A DNA stretch of 64,000 nt from Lama guanicoe. Taxonomy: Eukaryota. A model generated the notes under the pieces. The model had not been told where the DNA came from. It was given only the letters and a program-made list of their open reading frames with translations, and did no database searches. This document shows, piece after piece, positions 13,593 to 26,498 of this stretch. The first letter of the stretch is position 1. Each line of letters starts with the position of its first letter. The stretch is from NCBI GenBank assembly GCA_013239625.1, contig MU054212.1:3224001-3288000 (forward strand). Reading direction: 5' to 3'. A program made the translations under genes and the position numbers.

Positions 13593-15017
13593 TGTGTGTG
13601 TTGTACCGAGAGGTGAGTTGCTCGCTGTAAGGGATCTAGAATGAAGACCACGCACAAACCAGGCAGGAATGAGTGGCAGTTGTAGAAGTCACTCTGGTCT
13701 GGCTGGCACGGCAGCAGGGGATTAAAGCATATTCAGAAAAGGGCTGATGTGCATTCATGGCCTGGAGGCTGAGTCCCCAGCCTGAAACTGAATCAGGAGA
13801 AGCATTGTGTGGCGCTTCCTACCCTGGGGAAGGCAGAGACTCCCACCCTGGGGAAGGTTGTGCTTCAGCACGGCTCCTGCCTCGTACGGAGGGACCACAC
13901 GTGGGGAGTGAGGATGCTGTGTGCCCTGGAATGGCCTATATGTGGGCAGGTGACCGCAGCTGACCGAAAGCAATGAACAGGGAGCAAGGTGCTTAGAGGC
14001 GAATCCTGCGTGATCCCTGTTGGTCTCCAGAGGAGGCTGGGCTCTGGGAACCAAGCCTGAGGAGAATGAAGAGCGAGCTCCGGGGTGTCCCACCCCCTAA
14101 TGAGTCTTTACAGTTGTATTTTTCACAGAGATCTAGATTTGTCTGAATTTGACAGGGTTTCCCTGATGTTTCACATCTTATTCATGGAAGACACTTACAT
14201 TCATTATCTTCAAAGATCTTAGACAGCAGCTAGCACCTTGAATTTAGGAGATCCTTAATGAATAGTTACTGACTGAATGAATGAACTCAGTTCCCCAAAG
14301 ACAAATGTGTCTTCTATTAATTAAAACAGGAGTCAGTGATGGGCCAGATACAGCCTATATTTTCTTTATGACTGCCATTTGGCAAATGAAGGACGCTCTC
14401 TAGCAATTCAAATCTCCCTCTGAGGGAAGTTTAGTAACTATCAAGATAGATCTTGGCAGCTCTCGCCTGGGGTCCCCAGGGCTCGCTAAGCATTTGAAGA
14501 GGACACTGGATATTATCTTAAAAAATGGGGGGAGAACCCACTTCCAGGGGCAGCCAGGGGCGGGGGTGGGGTGGGAAGCGTGGTCCTGCCTGTCGCACCC
14601 AGTGAATTCTGTAGTGCCTGGACTTCTGTCTGGAACTGGTGCCTGCAGCCAGGCTCCTTTTGCTTGGTTCAAATACCAGTTTTCTATTCCAGAGGAGGTA
14701 GAAACCTTTCTCACTGCCTTGCATGCTAGGGAAGAACTAAATGTCAAGTGGAGGGAGAGGCTGGGGGCGGGGGAGGGGGGGACTGCAAGCACAGGGCGGA
14801 GAGTGAGAGGGTGGGAAGAGCAGACAAGGGACTGGCTGGTGTCTAACCCACAGCTGGTGTCTGGAGCTCAGCTGACAGGAGAGTGTACAACCCTGGGGAC
14901 TTTGGCAACTCAACCTTCTTACTTGAAAATGACAAGAGCCTGAAGGTCACAGGCAGCTGAGCCTGAAGAGGAAACACAATATTCTGCCATCCCAGTGTTG
15001 AGGCTGGAGGATAGACC

Positions 15018-15167
15018 TTTGTTTGTTTGTTTTAGTTTTCTTGTTTGTTTTTTGGGAGAGATAATGCAGTTTATTTATTTATTTATTTTAAGAGCAGTAC
15101 TGGGGGGTTGAACCCAGGACCTCGTGCACGCTAAGCATGTGCTCTACCACTGAGCTATACACCCGCC
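15018..15167 (-). mobile_element. tRNA-Ala-derived SINE (camelid Vic-1 type), long-tail form
   Basis: Minus strand ggcgggtgtatagctcagtggtagagcacatgcttagcgtgcacgaggtcctgggttcaacccccc with A and B boxes, followed by (AAAT)n and an A-rich tail. Confidence 0.85.
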
Positions 15168-15839
15168 GGAGTACAGTCTGAAGGAATCAGGCCTCCGAGT
15201 TTCTGGGATCTGCACTGATCAACATTTTCAACTGTTCCCTCAGTGGCATCGAGCCTGCTTTGACCTTCCCCAACTCCAGTCCATCAGATCATCCATGTCG
15301 GTTGCTCCGGAGCTGTATCACTGCACCGCAAAGTCATGTTTTGAGAAGGGGCTCTCAATTCTGCTTAAAAACATTCTTACATGCCCCCTTCTGGTTTTCA
15401 TTCCTCATTGCGATTTTTCATTCTCTCTCCCTGGGGATAAGCTCTGATTCACAGATGACAATCATCTAGCACCTTTCATCTCTAGAGGACCTTTAGCTGA
15501 GTACATGGTACGTAACTCATCTTTATAACCTCAGCGACCCCTATAAGCGACATACTGTTCTCCTCACATGATAGACAAGAGCTCAGAGGTTAAGGTAACA
15601 CCGAAATGCACGTTGGTTATGGGATCTGCCCATGTTGACATCACTCACAGGCACCTGAGCTGGGGTTCAAGCCTGTGTCCTCCGAGTGTACACCCCATTA
15701 TCCAACAGGACAGTGGGAAGAAAACTGAAGCTCATAGACATAAACTCCCTCAAATTTCTTTACAGCCACCTTCAAATTTATTGCTCCTTATTGTCACTCA
15801 TTGTTTATTTACTGACTAACCCTTTTCTCCTCCAGCAGG

Positions 15840-16450
15840 GATAAGCTGATTCTATTTGTGCTCCTAAAAGTCCTCTCAGTTGTCCTTACATCGTCTTATC
15901 TCTTCCCATTTCTTCCCGTTTCAGTTCTCTGCAGATGGCCCTCAGATGTTTCCGTGAGCTCCGATGGCTGTTTCCAACCACCAAGTAAAGGCGTATTTCC
16001 TCAGTAACACACCTTTTTATAGATCATACACCGTCCCCCACACCTCCTCAGCTCTCTGCAAGTACCGTGTCTGCTCTGCGTTTCTTAAGCAGCCCATGGA
16101 GTCCCTGTCTCCATGCTTTGGCTCATAATGATTTGGAATGTTCTCCTTTCTCTCCTTGTAGAAATTCTATTTTTTTTTTTAAGAATGAGCTTAAAAAAAT
16201 GTTACACCAGCTATGAATATTTCCCCAACTCTCCCAGTCAGAATTTAACAGTATATTCTCTGTGTCCCCAAAGCACTTTGCTTATAAGAATAACACATCA
16301 CTCATCACATGAGAAACTTGTCTCCATCTCTATTTCAACTTATGGGCTTTCAGCATAACGAGGACAGTAAGACAGTTTATACATGTTTACACTCCTTGAA
16401 GCAATAAGCATGGACCTTGACTAAGTGTTTGTTGAATGAATGAACGAATG
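15840..16450 (+). mobile_element. L2 LINE 3' relic
   Basis: Pyrimidine-rich body ending in taagtgtttgttgaatgaatgaacgaatg. Confidence 0.55.
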
Positions 16451-17607
16451 GTGATTCAGTTACTGCTCTGATTTTCCAACATGCCCCAGTGAGGTCATGA
16501 TTTGATTTTAGGGTCATTTTTTTCCTCACCTTAAAAATCTTCACTATCATCCTGGGAATTTGTCTTGCCTGCTTTGTGAAAATTTTGAGTTTTAAATTAA
16601 AAAAAAAATTACCTGCTATATAAAAGCATGGAAAAGGAAAGGGAAAGATGCATCATTTTTCTTGTAAAAATAAACACACTACTGTCATCCAGGTGATCAG
16701 TGTTACAGAGAAGCATCCAAAAAAAATGACAGTTTATATTTGTAAATTAAAAATATAAGAGAACCCCCCTCAGAATTGATTCTCTTCTGTTAACAAATAT
16801 TTAAGCTCACATGTAACACAACAGTACATTTCACTAGATTGGAATAATGAGTTTGCGGAAGTGGCAGGGACTGGGGGATGTTAGCCCGAATTACGGAAGT
16901 CAGATTTATTGAAAGCCACGCAGTTTTATTACTTGAATATACTATGATCTGCCAATAAAGTCTGTCTAAGGAGACATCTACTTAATGGCATGGATCCTTA
17001 TTTAATAGCTGAATCTTTTCTGTCTGAAGACCACTGTCTATGAGAAAGCCATGAGGACAATTATTCTTTATAAATAAGTTACAGTTACTCCCTTTATTTC
17101 TCTTATCAAATCCATTCCTTGGAGATAATTCAAAGGTAAATTTCATCTTAGTCTGGGTCAAATTGTCAAAAATGGTGTATTTGCAGTATCTGAATGAGGT
17201 TTTACTACATTCTTAGAGGAAGACATTTCTGGAGAATAATGAAGAGAATCCAACGGGAAGTGGTAAATACTTTTTAAAATAAAAAAATAGGAAAAAATGT
17301 GAACTTTTTCAAATAAGATGAGCAATAATTATTCATTAAGCTAGATCTAACTGAAATCTATCTTCAAAGTCTTTGGCTTCCTTTGTAAATTCCTGGAGGG
17401 CAAGGATCACGGTCTGCTTGATTCTCTCCCAACCTTCCAAGACTTTATACACCCCAACAACGCCACCGGGGCTGCGCCCTCCGGGGATGGCTGTCATTGA
17501 AAGAACAGGCGTTTAAAAGCAACGCTATGGGGGTTTCAGATAAGGCAGTTTTTGCTCTCTTTCTGTCTAACTACCTGAGACCCAAACATTATGGAGAGTT
17601 TACTCAC

Positions 17608-17649
17608 TGATTCTGGGTAGAGGCCGCAAGTAGTGTGTAGGTCCCCATC
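17608..17649 (-). CDS. CHST9: CHST9 coding exon 4 (42 nt, phase 1-1), encodes (G)WGPTHYLRPLPRI
   Basis: Minus strand reads ccctcttttcttttctag|GATGGGGACCTACACACTACTTGCGGCCTCTACCCAGAATCA|gtgagt. It continues exon 3 in frame and matches recalled human GWGPVKYLRPVPRI. Confidence 0.93.
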
Positions 17650-18524
17650 CTAGAAAAGAAAAGAGGGAATTCATATATTACCATCACATCCAAGGACATT
17701 TAAGAACCTTTCTACATTAAACACGCTTCAAAGTCTCTGATATGTTATTTCTAGCCAAGAAAATCACGAGGAGGAAGAGGACTATGAAGCAGAGTATGTC
17801 ATTCCTGTGTTTCTGGGCCGCTCAAGAGGTGACAGGCTCGGTGTGACTTATGCAGAACTCTGGCATTACCTTCAAACTTTGCCACAGAAAAGAGTGAGCT
17901 TTGTGCCTGTACCTTCTGCATCTGAGAAACAGAGCTAGAAAACATCCACCACAAGGAAGAAAAGCTCCCTGGCTTCTCTGCATCCTGCTCCACAACATGC
18001 CAAGGTATTGACATACAATTACAGTTTCTGCTTAAAACATCTGAGAACTTGGGCTAGACCTCTTTGGGTAAAAAGGATGCTCGGGGCAGGTGTGCCATGT
18101 GCATCTCCTGATGTGGCATATCTGGTGACCCACCGTTGGAGACCTCGGTTGGTAAAACTTAGAAGAGCAAATGAAATGAAATCTAGGATAAAAGAACCAA
18201 AGCTCTTTGAGGGAAGCGCTCCCGTGCGTATTTAAATCATCCAGAACTAACGCAGACCTGGAGGGAAGAGCTTGAACCAAGGGATCTTGGGGTTTTCCTT
18301 GAGCCAAAGATTTTTCATCTTAATAATCAAGAAGGACCCTTCTCTGCCAGATGAAGTTGCTAAATGTAACAGTATATTTCTTCTGCTTTAGTCATCTCTG
18401 GGGAGAGGTGAGCCTCAACTTACTCTGAGAACAAGTCTAGGGAATCACAAGAGGGTAAGTATATGGCTATTTAGACTTCTGCTTTCTAGATTATACTGTT
18501 ACAATTCTTCCTTCAAAAACATAT

Positions 18525-18660
18525 TACAAATATACCATATAGAATGCATATTATATACTGTACATAATACCACATATTTTATGTAATACATATTTTATTA
18601 TATATTATATATTACACGTGAAACTATATATTAATATATATCTTATCTATGTACATGTAA
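18525..18660. repeat. AT-rich low-complexity tract
   Basis: Degenerate (TA)n-like sequence. Confidence 0.7.
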
Positions 18661-18696
18661 TGTTTTGCTCTCTGCATTGTCTTTTTCAAAATATGC

Positions 18697-18818
18697 TTTA
18701 ATTAGTTTTTTTGGGGGAGGGTAATTAGGTTTATTTATGTAATGGAGGTACTAGGGATTCAACCCAGGACCTCGTGCATGTTAAGTATGTGCTCTACCAC
18801 TGAGCTATACCCTCCCCC
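18697..18818 (-). mobile_element. tRNA-Ala-derived SINE (Vic-1 type), long-tail form
   Basis: Minus strand gggggagggtatagctcagtggtagagcacatacttaacatgcacgaggtcctgggttgaatccctagtacctcca...aaacctaattaccctccccc plus poly(A). tcaaaata occurs on both flanks (partial TSD). Confidence 0.9.
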
Positions 18819-19741
18819 TCAAAATACCCCTTTCAAAGTTTGCTGAGAAAAATTTGAACAAGTACTTCAGCATGGTGAGGCTTAGCAATGGTAGGATTAA
18901 TTCTCTGTCCTGCTATTCTGCTCCATTTAAGTAACCTGCTCTCAGGGTGACTCATTTATAATACTGCTTTTCTAAACCTAATTGAGACAAAAGATCCTAT
19001 TGGCCCTTGCCTTTTAAATTAATCTTTCACCAAATTTCATTGGCGCTAAAATATTCCAGTTTATGCTTATGTCAGTTAAATCCTATTCTATCCTTAGAAT
19101 GATTGAAGAAATATATCCAAGGGCATTTTGAGCTGCACTGTCATGAGTTTCCTGGGATAAGGGATCAGCAGCTCCACTTGATTTAGTAATTTCTGCATTT
19201 TGAATGAAGGCACTTATAAGGTCATTAGTAGAGCTCATCAATAAGTTACAGGTCCTACAGTACAATCGATCCCCACGGGTTGGAACCTGATATGTCATCC
19301 ACTGCACTGACTCACTTTGATGTAATTGCAAGTCTGCATTTACTTGTTCACCCATGTACAATAGCACGATTAAGGTCACACTTCTGTGACTTGGTGACAA
19401 CAATACTGTTTAGACCAGACCCTCAAATCTTCCTCCACACAAAACTGATTTTATCCAGGACATCTCATTGTTTACGTAACCTGCCACATAACCGTGGAAG
19501 GAAATTAAACTGACATGGAAAAAAAACGGCTATTCAAAAAGTCAAATGCGGCTGCTTCTTTATCTCTGATGAAATTCTGCTAAGTCGCTTATGGTTGCAT
19601 GAGAAGCTGCTCTCATCAGGTATAGCCCCTCAGCTCTCAGGTTTACCAAGTCATTTCCATTAAAAAATGTGGACATGGAAGCTATTTCCCTATCCCCTGC
19701 CAGGGCTCAGCTGTGTAAAGGCTGTGCAAGGTCACCCGCCA

Positions 19742-19955
19742 ATTTCTTTTCTTTTTTAAAAATTTACTGTAGTAAAAAACACCTAAGATCTATCTTCTTA
19801 ACAAATTTTAAAATGGACAGTAAGGTGTTGTTTACTGCAAGCATGACGTAGTGCAGCAGATGGCTAGGACTCATTCATCCTGCAGGGCTGAAAGTCTATA
19901 CCCGCTGAACAGCAACTCCCCATCGCCCTCCTCCCAGCCCCAGGAAACCACCATT
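19742..19955 (-). mobile_element. L1 (L1MA-like) 3' end
   Basis: aagatctatcttcttaacaaattttaa...gaacagcaactcccc...ccagccccaggaaaccaccatt. Confidence 0.75.
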
Positions 19956-20136
19956 TGCTAATTTCTCCAGGATCTCAGGAAACCTGACATTGGGGCATAA
20001 TAATGAGATTATACTCCTGGACTGGATACACTCTGATGGTCTGGTTTGGCTTTCCACTCATTGCAGACTAAAGTATATCGTTAGATGAACGCAAGTGTCC
20101 TACAGCATACATAGTAAACTTATTGAACACAGGGAT

Positions 20137-20243
20137 GGGGAGGAGGGGATAGCTCAGTGGCAGAGCGCACGCTTAGCAAGCACGAGGCCAGGGGTTCAAT
20201 CCCCAGTGCCTCCATCTCACACACACACACACACACACACACA
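20137..20243 (+). mobile_element. tRNA-Ala-derived SINE, short form, followed by (CA)13
   Basis: ggggaggaggggatagctcagtggcagagcgcacgcttagcaagcacgaggccaggggttcaatccccagtgcctcca, then CA repeat at 20218-20243. Confidence 0.88.
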
Positions 20244-22924
20244 GATGATTTAGTCTTACTTCTCTTTATAATTTCCCAAAACCTAGTTTAGTGCTGTGTA
20301 TAAACATATATTGAGTTAAACTGTAATATTTCTTTTCAAAGGTTAACATTAATTAATGTTAATTTTAAGGATCTGACAAAAAGACAGGAAAGTAAATACC
20401 ATTTATTTTTGAATTTATGACTTGTCTCCTAAAAAAAGCCTCCCCTCTCACCTCCCAACAACAGTTAAAGTATGCACAGCCCTTTAAAGGGTCTGACTCT
20501 GTCTTCTGGCTCATGGCTATTTCTACGTACTTTTTAACATAATGACTGCCTAGGATGTGGCTCTCAGTCTGTATAATCAATATAGGCTGACTTTCTCGCT
20601 ACATGACCATACATTAAATAACCGTGAACGTTCTCCCGTGGTCAGCTGGGAAATGGCTTTAAATGTCAGCAGGCAAGGCTTGCTTCACATAACAGAAGTT
20701 AACTGGGTTTGTCCAGAGCCCTGAAAATTAGTAAGAGTTCAAATCTCACATCCAGTGTACGTGTCCTTATATTACACTTAGGAGATTGATATGGTATTAA
20801 AGGCTTAATTGAGTGGCACAGACAATCTGATGCAACAAGATCTTTCCCCTTCATCACATGACTTTACTCTGAGCCATTTTCGTTTTCGGTGGTAAAGCAC
20901 GTATCACCTGTTGAAACTTGGCGTATCACCGTACTGAATGAATAGGTTCAGAGCTTTAATGGGAAATCAATTTTTTAAAACGTAGCATCTCACCAATCCT
21001 TTTCTCCGAGGGTTTGGGGGGTCCAAGCAGCACGAATAGCACACTGAGCCAAGCAGGGCTCACACTCAAATGAGGGAACACAGATATGACCAGAATGTAC
21101 TTTCCTGAAAGTAATTCTTCTGGCCACGTGATAAATTAAGTTGGTTACCATCACCCTTACTTGACGAGAATACAAGACAGGAAAAGGCTGGACAGTTTCC
21201 TGAGGCCACGTGGCAGTTTGTCGTTAAAACTGAAATAGGGTTACATTTCATGAATTTTTTTTCTCCAGTAAATCTTTCATAAACATGAGGATCAATACCC
21301 TCTTAATTTTACATAGAGATATATTGATGCAAAAAAAGAATGTCATAGTGAGGTTTAGGTTCTTTGCTGTAAAATATTTGGCTGGATTTAAGTTTATCCC
21401 CGTATTTTATTTTGTAATATTGGTTTGGTCTAATCTTACCCTCTTTTCTCTTTTCCTCTAAAATCGCTTGGATATACACTTATTAAATCAATAATAACCA
21501 CAATAACAGCTAACAGGTACTGAATCCCTATTAAATATCAGACCTGGTGCTGAGCACTTGACGTGACCCCTGTCTAATCTACGACCAGCACAATCCCACG
21601 GGAATCTGACCTGGACTTCTGCTAATGGAATGTAACTACATGTTTCCAGTTCTTCACTTGTTAACATGAACCCCACCCACCCCCATCATCATCATCTATA
21701 TTTCCTAGATTCAGTTCCATTAAAGTGCATGAGAACTCCATGACACAAAGCAGGAAACCTCTTGAGACTTGTTTGAGGTTTTCCCTACCATTTTACCAAT
21801 ATATTTTCACACCTGATTCTGTAGCATTTTATTTTCAGTAACTCAACTTCGAGTCTCTCCAAAACATCTTCATAGAAATAGCAATTCTTTTAGACACCCC
21901 TATGTCATCGGTTTTATACAATTTATAATTGAATTGAGTAATTCTATGAACAAATACAGCGGGCAGAGCAGGTGTGGGAACACACACAACTGACTCGGTC
22001 CATACGCATCCCCACAGGTGGGGTCAGACGTCTCAGGTGGGCTCAAGGCACGGCAGGTGGGGCCCTGGGGGTGAGCTGGCTGGAAGCGTCCGTCAGCAGG
22101 GTACATCTCGGGAAGGGGCAGAGTTGCTGAATCAGGGACATCATTTAAGAGAAGGCCAGTTAAAAGAACTTTTGTTGTATTTGATACTTTAACTGTGTAG
22201 GCTGAACTTAAAAGATAATTAAAAAAAAGAAAAAGAAGCAGAAGGAAAAAGAGAGGGAGTTTAGGTTCCTTGTCCAGGATTACAAAACTAGAGCTGGAGC
22301 TAGGATTTGGCTCCAGAAATCAGCCTTCCAGTCTAGCACGTCAGTGTTTCTCCCCCCCATCCCAGGAGTCTCGGGACAGAGATAACTGCGGAGGCTTGCG
22401 TGGGCTGCGGCCGCCCAGGAAGGGGGTTCAAGACAGCTCAAGAGCGGTCCGCAAGAGGACACAGCAACAGAAGAGGGAGGAAGCCCGAGAGCGATGAAAC
22501 AGTCTTGGAACTCTGCCGAAGAAGAACCCTGTGATTGAAATTAACCTTACGTTAACCCAAATATTTCCTGACCTTGGGCCTCACTGGTTCAAAACAAAAG
22601 GGGTTTTAGCAGATAAGTTCGGCCAACTATTTTCAGAACCGGTTTTTGCAACTCTGAAATGGAAGAAACCCTGACAGGGCGTCCCTGCCCTTCAGCAAAC
22701 AATCAACGACCCCGGAGACCCGTTGCCCCAGTGGTCCCGTGGGAAGCCAGGTGTGGGAGCAAGCTTAGTGGGCACGTGTGACGGCAAACAGCATTCAGAA
22801 TGAAGCCATTTGAATCTCACCCCCCACTTCCTTCTAATCCTTGGGTTTTACAGCTTCTATTTCCATCAAGTCCTCCTTGGAATAAGACTATGTAAGCACC
22901 AGTTTTGAAGAACTCCCTAGGCTC

Positions 22925-23298
22925 TGTTAAAAACAAAACAACAGGTCCAAAATGGGGTCACCTGTGCTAAGCCCATGTCACCAAAGAGAAACTTAATACC
23001 GAACCTAACGGCAGTTCCCATCTCCCCCAAGAATGCAGTCTTAACTGGTGGATTAGGAACTTTCTGGTCAGTACCAGTGAGGTAACCTGCCACAAACACC
23101 CTTTTCATCCACCACAGGAAGGTGAGGTCATCTGCCCGGGCCTCATGCCTTCTGCTTTCTGCCTATAAAAGCCTTCCTCTTGGGCAACCTCCTCAGAACC
23201 CCTCTCTGCTTGCTAGACGTCATGCCGCCCGATCTGCGAATCACTTAATAAAGCCAATTAGATCTCCAAATTTACTCGGCTGAATTTTGTTTTTAACA
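22925..23298 (+). mobile_element. ERV1-class solo LTR (MER34/MER39-like), 374 bp
   Basis: TG...CA ends with a 14-bp perfect inverted repeat (tgttaaaaacaaaa/ttttgtttttaaca). TATAAAA at 23164-23170, AATAAA at 23247-23252, 4-bp flanks gctc/cctc. Confidence 0.88.
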
Positions 23299-24289
23299 CC
23301 TCCTAGAAGGGACGATTTTATGATAGCTGCTTTAAAAATGCCGGGAATGGATTACGTTTTTCCGTTACGTATTAATGCTTTTAGTTTACGTTAAAGGTTT
23401 CCGATGTTTCTGTCCTTGGCCTTTTCCAAACTGTTTCCTTCAAGAAGAAAATTAGAAAGGTATTAAGATTTCTGTGACTTCATAAGGAATTCATAAAAAG
23501 GTTAAAGACCTTTAAATGGCCATCCCTCCAATAAAATGATGCTAAGTTGTGCAAACTCTTCAGACACGGGACATCACTTTTATACACGTTCAAAACACAG
23601 CTGTTTCGATTTTAACTGATGTGGTTTAAAAAATAATTATTGCAATCATTGAGCCACAAATGTGGTTGAGATTTAGAGCCTCCTTCACATAAAACAGTAT
23701 GTCATTCCAATAGCTTTTTGGAAGCAATATTTTAAACAGTGGAATAAGTATTTAATGAATATGCATGCAAAGGTAGGGCGTGCATGGGTAGAGATCGAAT
23801 ATCGGCGTGTATCTGAGCGCTCCTTCCCTCGGAGCCTCGCTCTAGCCTCTGCGCTCTGCCCTTGGCCAAGTGCACGCGCCCTGGCAGCGGGACCCGGCAC
23901 TTAACCGCGTGCTTTGTGTGGAACAGAGGACAAACTGAACCATGTGCAGCCATGCCCTGAGAGACAGGATGAGCCCAACCGGCAGCCTGGAAAGCAAGAA
24001 CCGCACTGAAAAGGGGGAGGTCTGACTCTGCAGCTGGCTCAGGGGAAGCCAATGAACCCAGCTCTGCTGCGCCCTAATTCCCTCTTCTACAAAATGTCTT
24101 AATGTCCATTTCGGCCTTGAGATTCTGGGAAACGAGGCAGCTACCAAGCTTTTCCTATTTATGTTGTATTTCATCACCCCACCACCATAAGTGCTGTCAC
24201 ACACGCCACCGCCTCTGATGCTCAGAGCAGTTACTTGCTGGCGCGTCACCCTGCCTCACTCTTGCCAGACCATCTCCACGGGAACTTCA

Positions 24290-25020
24290 CCCTCTCTCCC
24301 ATCTCTCAAGCTCACCTGTACTTGGTTCAGTCCCAAGTACATACACACGCTAGCTCTGACCTCTCCTGAGCTTCAACTCTGCTTCTCCAAGTTCTAGCTT
24401 CCATGTGGGTGTCCTATTGCTGGATCAAGTGGACTAGACTTGAACGAAACTCGCAGTCCTTTCCCCCAAACCATCTGTCCCCCTGAACTTGCACACGTGC
24501 GTCTATTACAGATTTCTCCTGCCAGGTAGGCTTGTGACTTTGACGTTCCCCCCCATCTCTTCTCCACACCTGTTTCCAGACAGTCACCTCTGGATCTTTT
24601 CTTTCTGCGTCTCATACTCATTCTTCTTTTTTTTGTTAACCCCCCATCAATCCTGCCAAAATCCTTAGCACATCAAAGTCTAGACGACTGCAGTGGTCCC
24701 CAAACTGATGTCCTGATTTCAGTCTCTGATCTAAAGTTAATATACCAAATCAAGCATCTAAAAAACTGCTCTGCCCGTGCTCATCTCCTCAAAACCTCTA
24801 TTTGCTTCTCTCCGTTATCAGATCCCATTTAACTCTCATTAAATATGACCACTGCTTATCCGCGCAACTCAGAACTTTCCTAAACAAATTCTGAAAGTCC
24901 TCCGAAGAGGCCACATTCATTTCTATTCCCAAGCCTGAAACAGCCAACTCTCTCCCTGCTGTTTGAAAAGGACCCACTCCTTCTTCAAGACTGAACCTTG
25001 ATGCCCTCATCTCTCGCTGC
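24290..25020 (+). mobile_element. L2 LINE relic
   Basis: ctctgacctctcctgagcttcaact...ttccatgtgggtgtcct...gactgcagtggtccccaaactgatgtcctgatttcagtct is a typical L2 body. Confidence 0.6.
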
Positions 25021-25084
25021 TCAGAGCGGTCGGGTTCCGAACGTCAGTAGTTACCACTCGTTTGGGAGGAGGGCAAGCAGCACG

Positions 25085-25310
25085 CCGGGCAAAGCCCCTT
25101 TACACAGAGTAACTCGTTCGGTCCGTGAGCTCATTGGGTGAGCACCGTGAATTCTCCTACTTTACAGGTGAGAGCATGGCTCAGAGAGGTTACTGACGTG
25201 TCTAGGCCACAAAGTTGCCAAGTGCTGGACCCAAACCCAGGTGGTCCAAGTGCCGGATTCAAACCCAGGTGGTCCAGCCACAGAGTCCGGGGTTCCTAAC
25301 CTTTACACCA
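25085..25310 (-). mobile_element. MIR relic with internal 28-bp tandem duplication (25218-25273)
   Basis: ctactttacaggtgagagcatggctcagagaggttactgacgtgtctaggccac. Repeat units are ccaagtgctggacccaaacccaggtggt and ccaagtgccggattcaaacccaggtggt. Confidence 0.75.
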
Positions 25311-25577
25311 CCATGTACGGAATCTTCCTGTTATAGAAGTCATCAACTGTCTCTCCCACATGCAAGGTGATTAAGGGAAAGCACTTCGCCTCTGTCCTCT
25401 TTGTCCCTCTGGCATACACAGAGACACCTGGTATGAGAATTCCAAGAGGTGCAGGAAGCAAATTTCACAGTAGAAACAAGGATGAACCTTGTACAGTGTC
25501 TGCCATGCTTAAAACACACTGAGACACACATCTTCCTTCTTGATTTTTCCTCTGTTATGTTAAAAGTGCTGCTGCAT

Positions 25578-26498
25578 GGGCTTAAGACCTAAATACACAT
25601 TTCTCCGAAGACATCCATATGGCCAACAGGCACATGAAAAGATGCTCACTATCGCTAACTATTAGAGAAGTGCAAATCAAAACTACAATGAGGTATCACC
25701 TCACACCAGTCAGAATGGTCACCATTAAAAAGTCTACAAATAATGAATGCTGGAGAAGATGTGGAGAAAAAGGAAACTTCCTACACTGATGATGGGAATA
25801 AAATTGGTGCAGCCACTATGGAGAGCAGTATGGAGGGTCCTTAACAAACTAAAAATAGAGTTACCATATGATCCAGCAATACCACTTCTGGGCATCTACC
25901 TGGAGAAAACTCTAATTCAAAAAGATACATGCACCGCAATGTTCATAGCAGCAGTATTTACAATAGCCAAAACATGGAAGCAACGTAAGTGTCCATGAAC
26001 AGATGAATGGATAAAGAACATGTGGTATATATACTCAATGAAATATTACTCAGCCATAAGGCAGAATGAAATAATTTCCAGTAACATGGATGGACCTAGA
26101 GATTATCATAGTAAGTGATGTAAATCATGCAGAGAAAGACAAATATCATATGATATCATTTATATGAGGAATCTAAAAAGAATGATACAAATAAACTTAT
26201 TCACAAACCAGAAATAGACTCACACACACAGAAAACAAACTTATGGTTACCAAAGGGGAAGGGGAGGAAGGGATAAATTGGGAGTTTGGGATTAGCATAT
26301 ACACATTACTATATATAAAACAGACAAACAATAAGGACCTACTGTATAGCATAGGGAATCATATTCAACATATTATAATAACCTATAATGGAGAAGAATC
26401 TATAAAATATATATATATATGTGTAACTGAATCACTTTTCTGTACACTTGAAGCTAACACGACATTGTAAATCGACTATACTTCAACAAAATTTTTTT
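25578..26498 (+). mobile_element. 5'-truncated, relatively young L1 (ORF2 C-terminus plus 3' UTR) with 15-bp TSD
   Basis: ORF 25747-25998 encodes the L1 ORF2 C-terminal peptide ([15 protein letters not shown]...CTAMFIAAVFTIAKTWKQ). TSD aaagtgctgctgcat at 25563-25577 and 26499-26513; TT|AAAA target site. Confidence 0.95.

Noticed and set aside
20144..20214. tRNA-Ala(AGC)-like gene
   Set aside because: Acceptor and anticodon stems each have mismatches, and it shares the 5' G-rich leader of the other four SINE copies. It is a SINE.
25747..26470. ORFs of 83 and 75 aa as host genes
   Set aside because: They are the L1 ORF2 remnant and L1 3' UTR.
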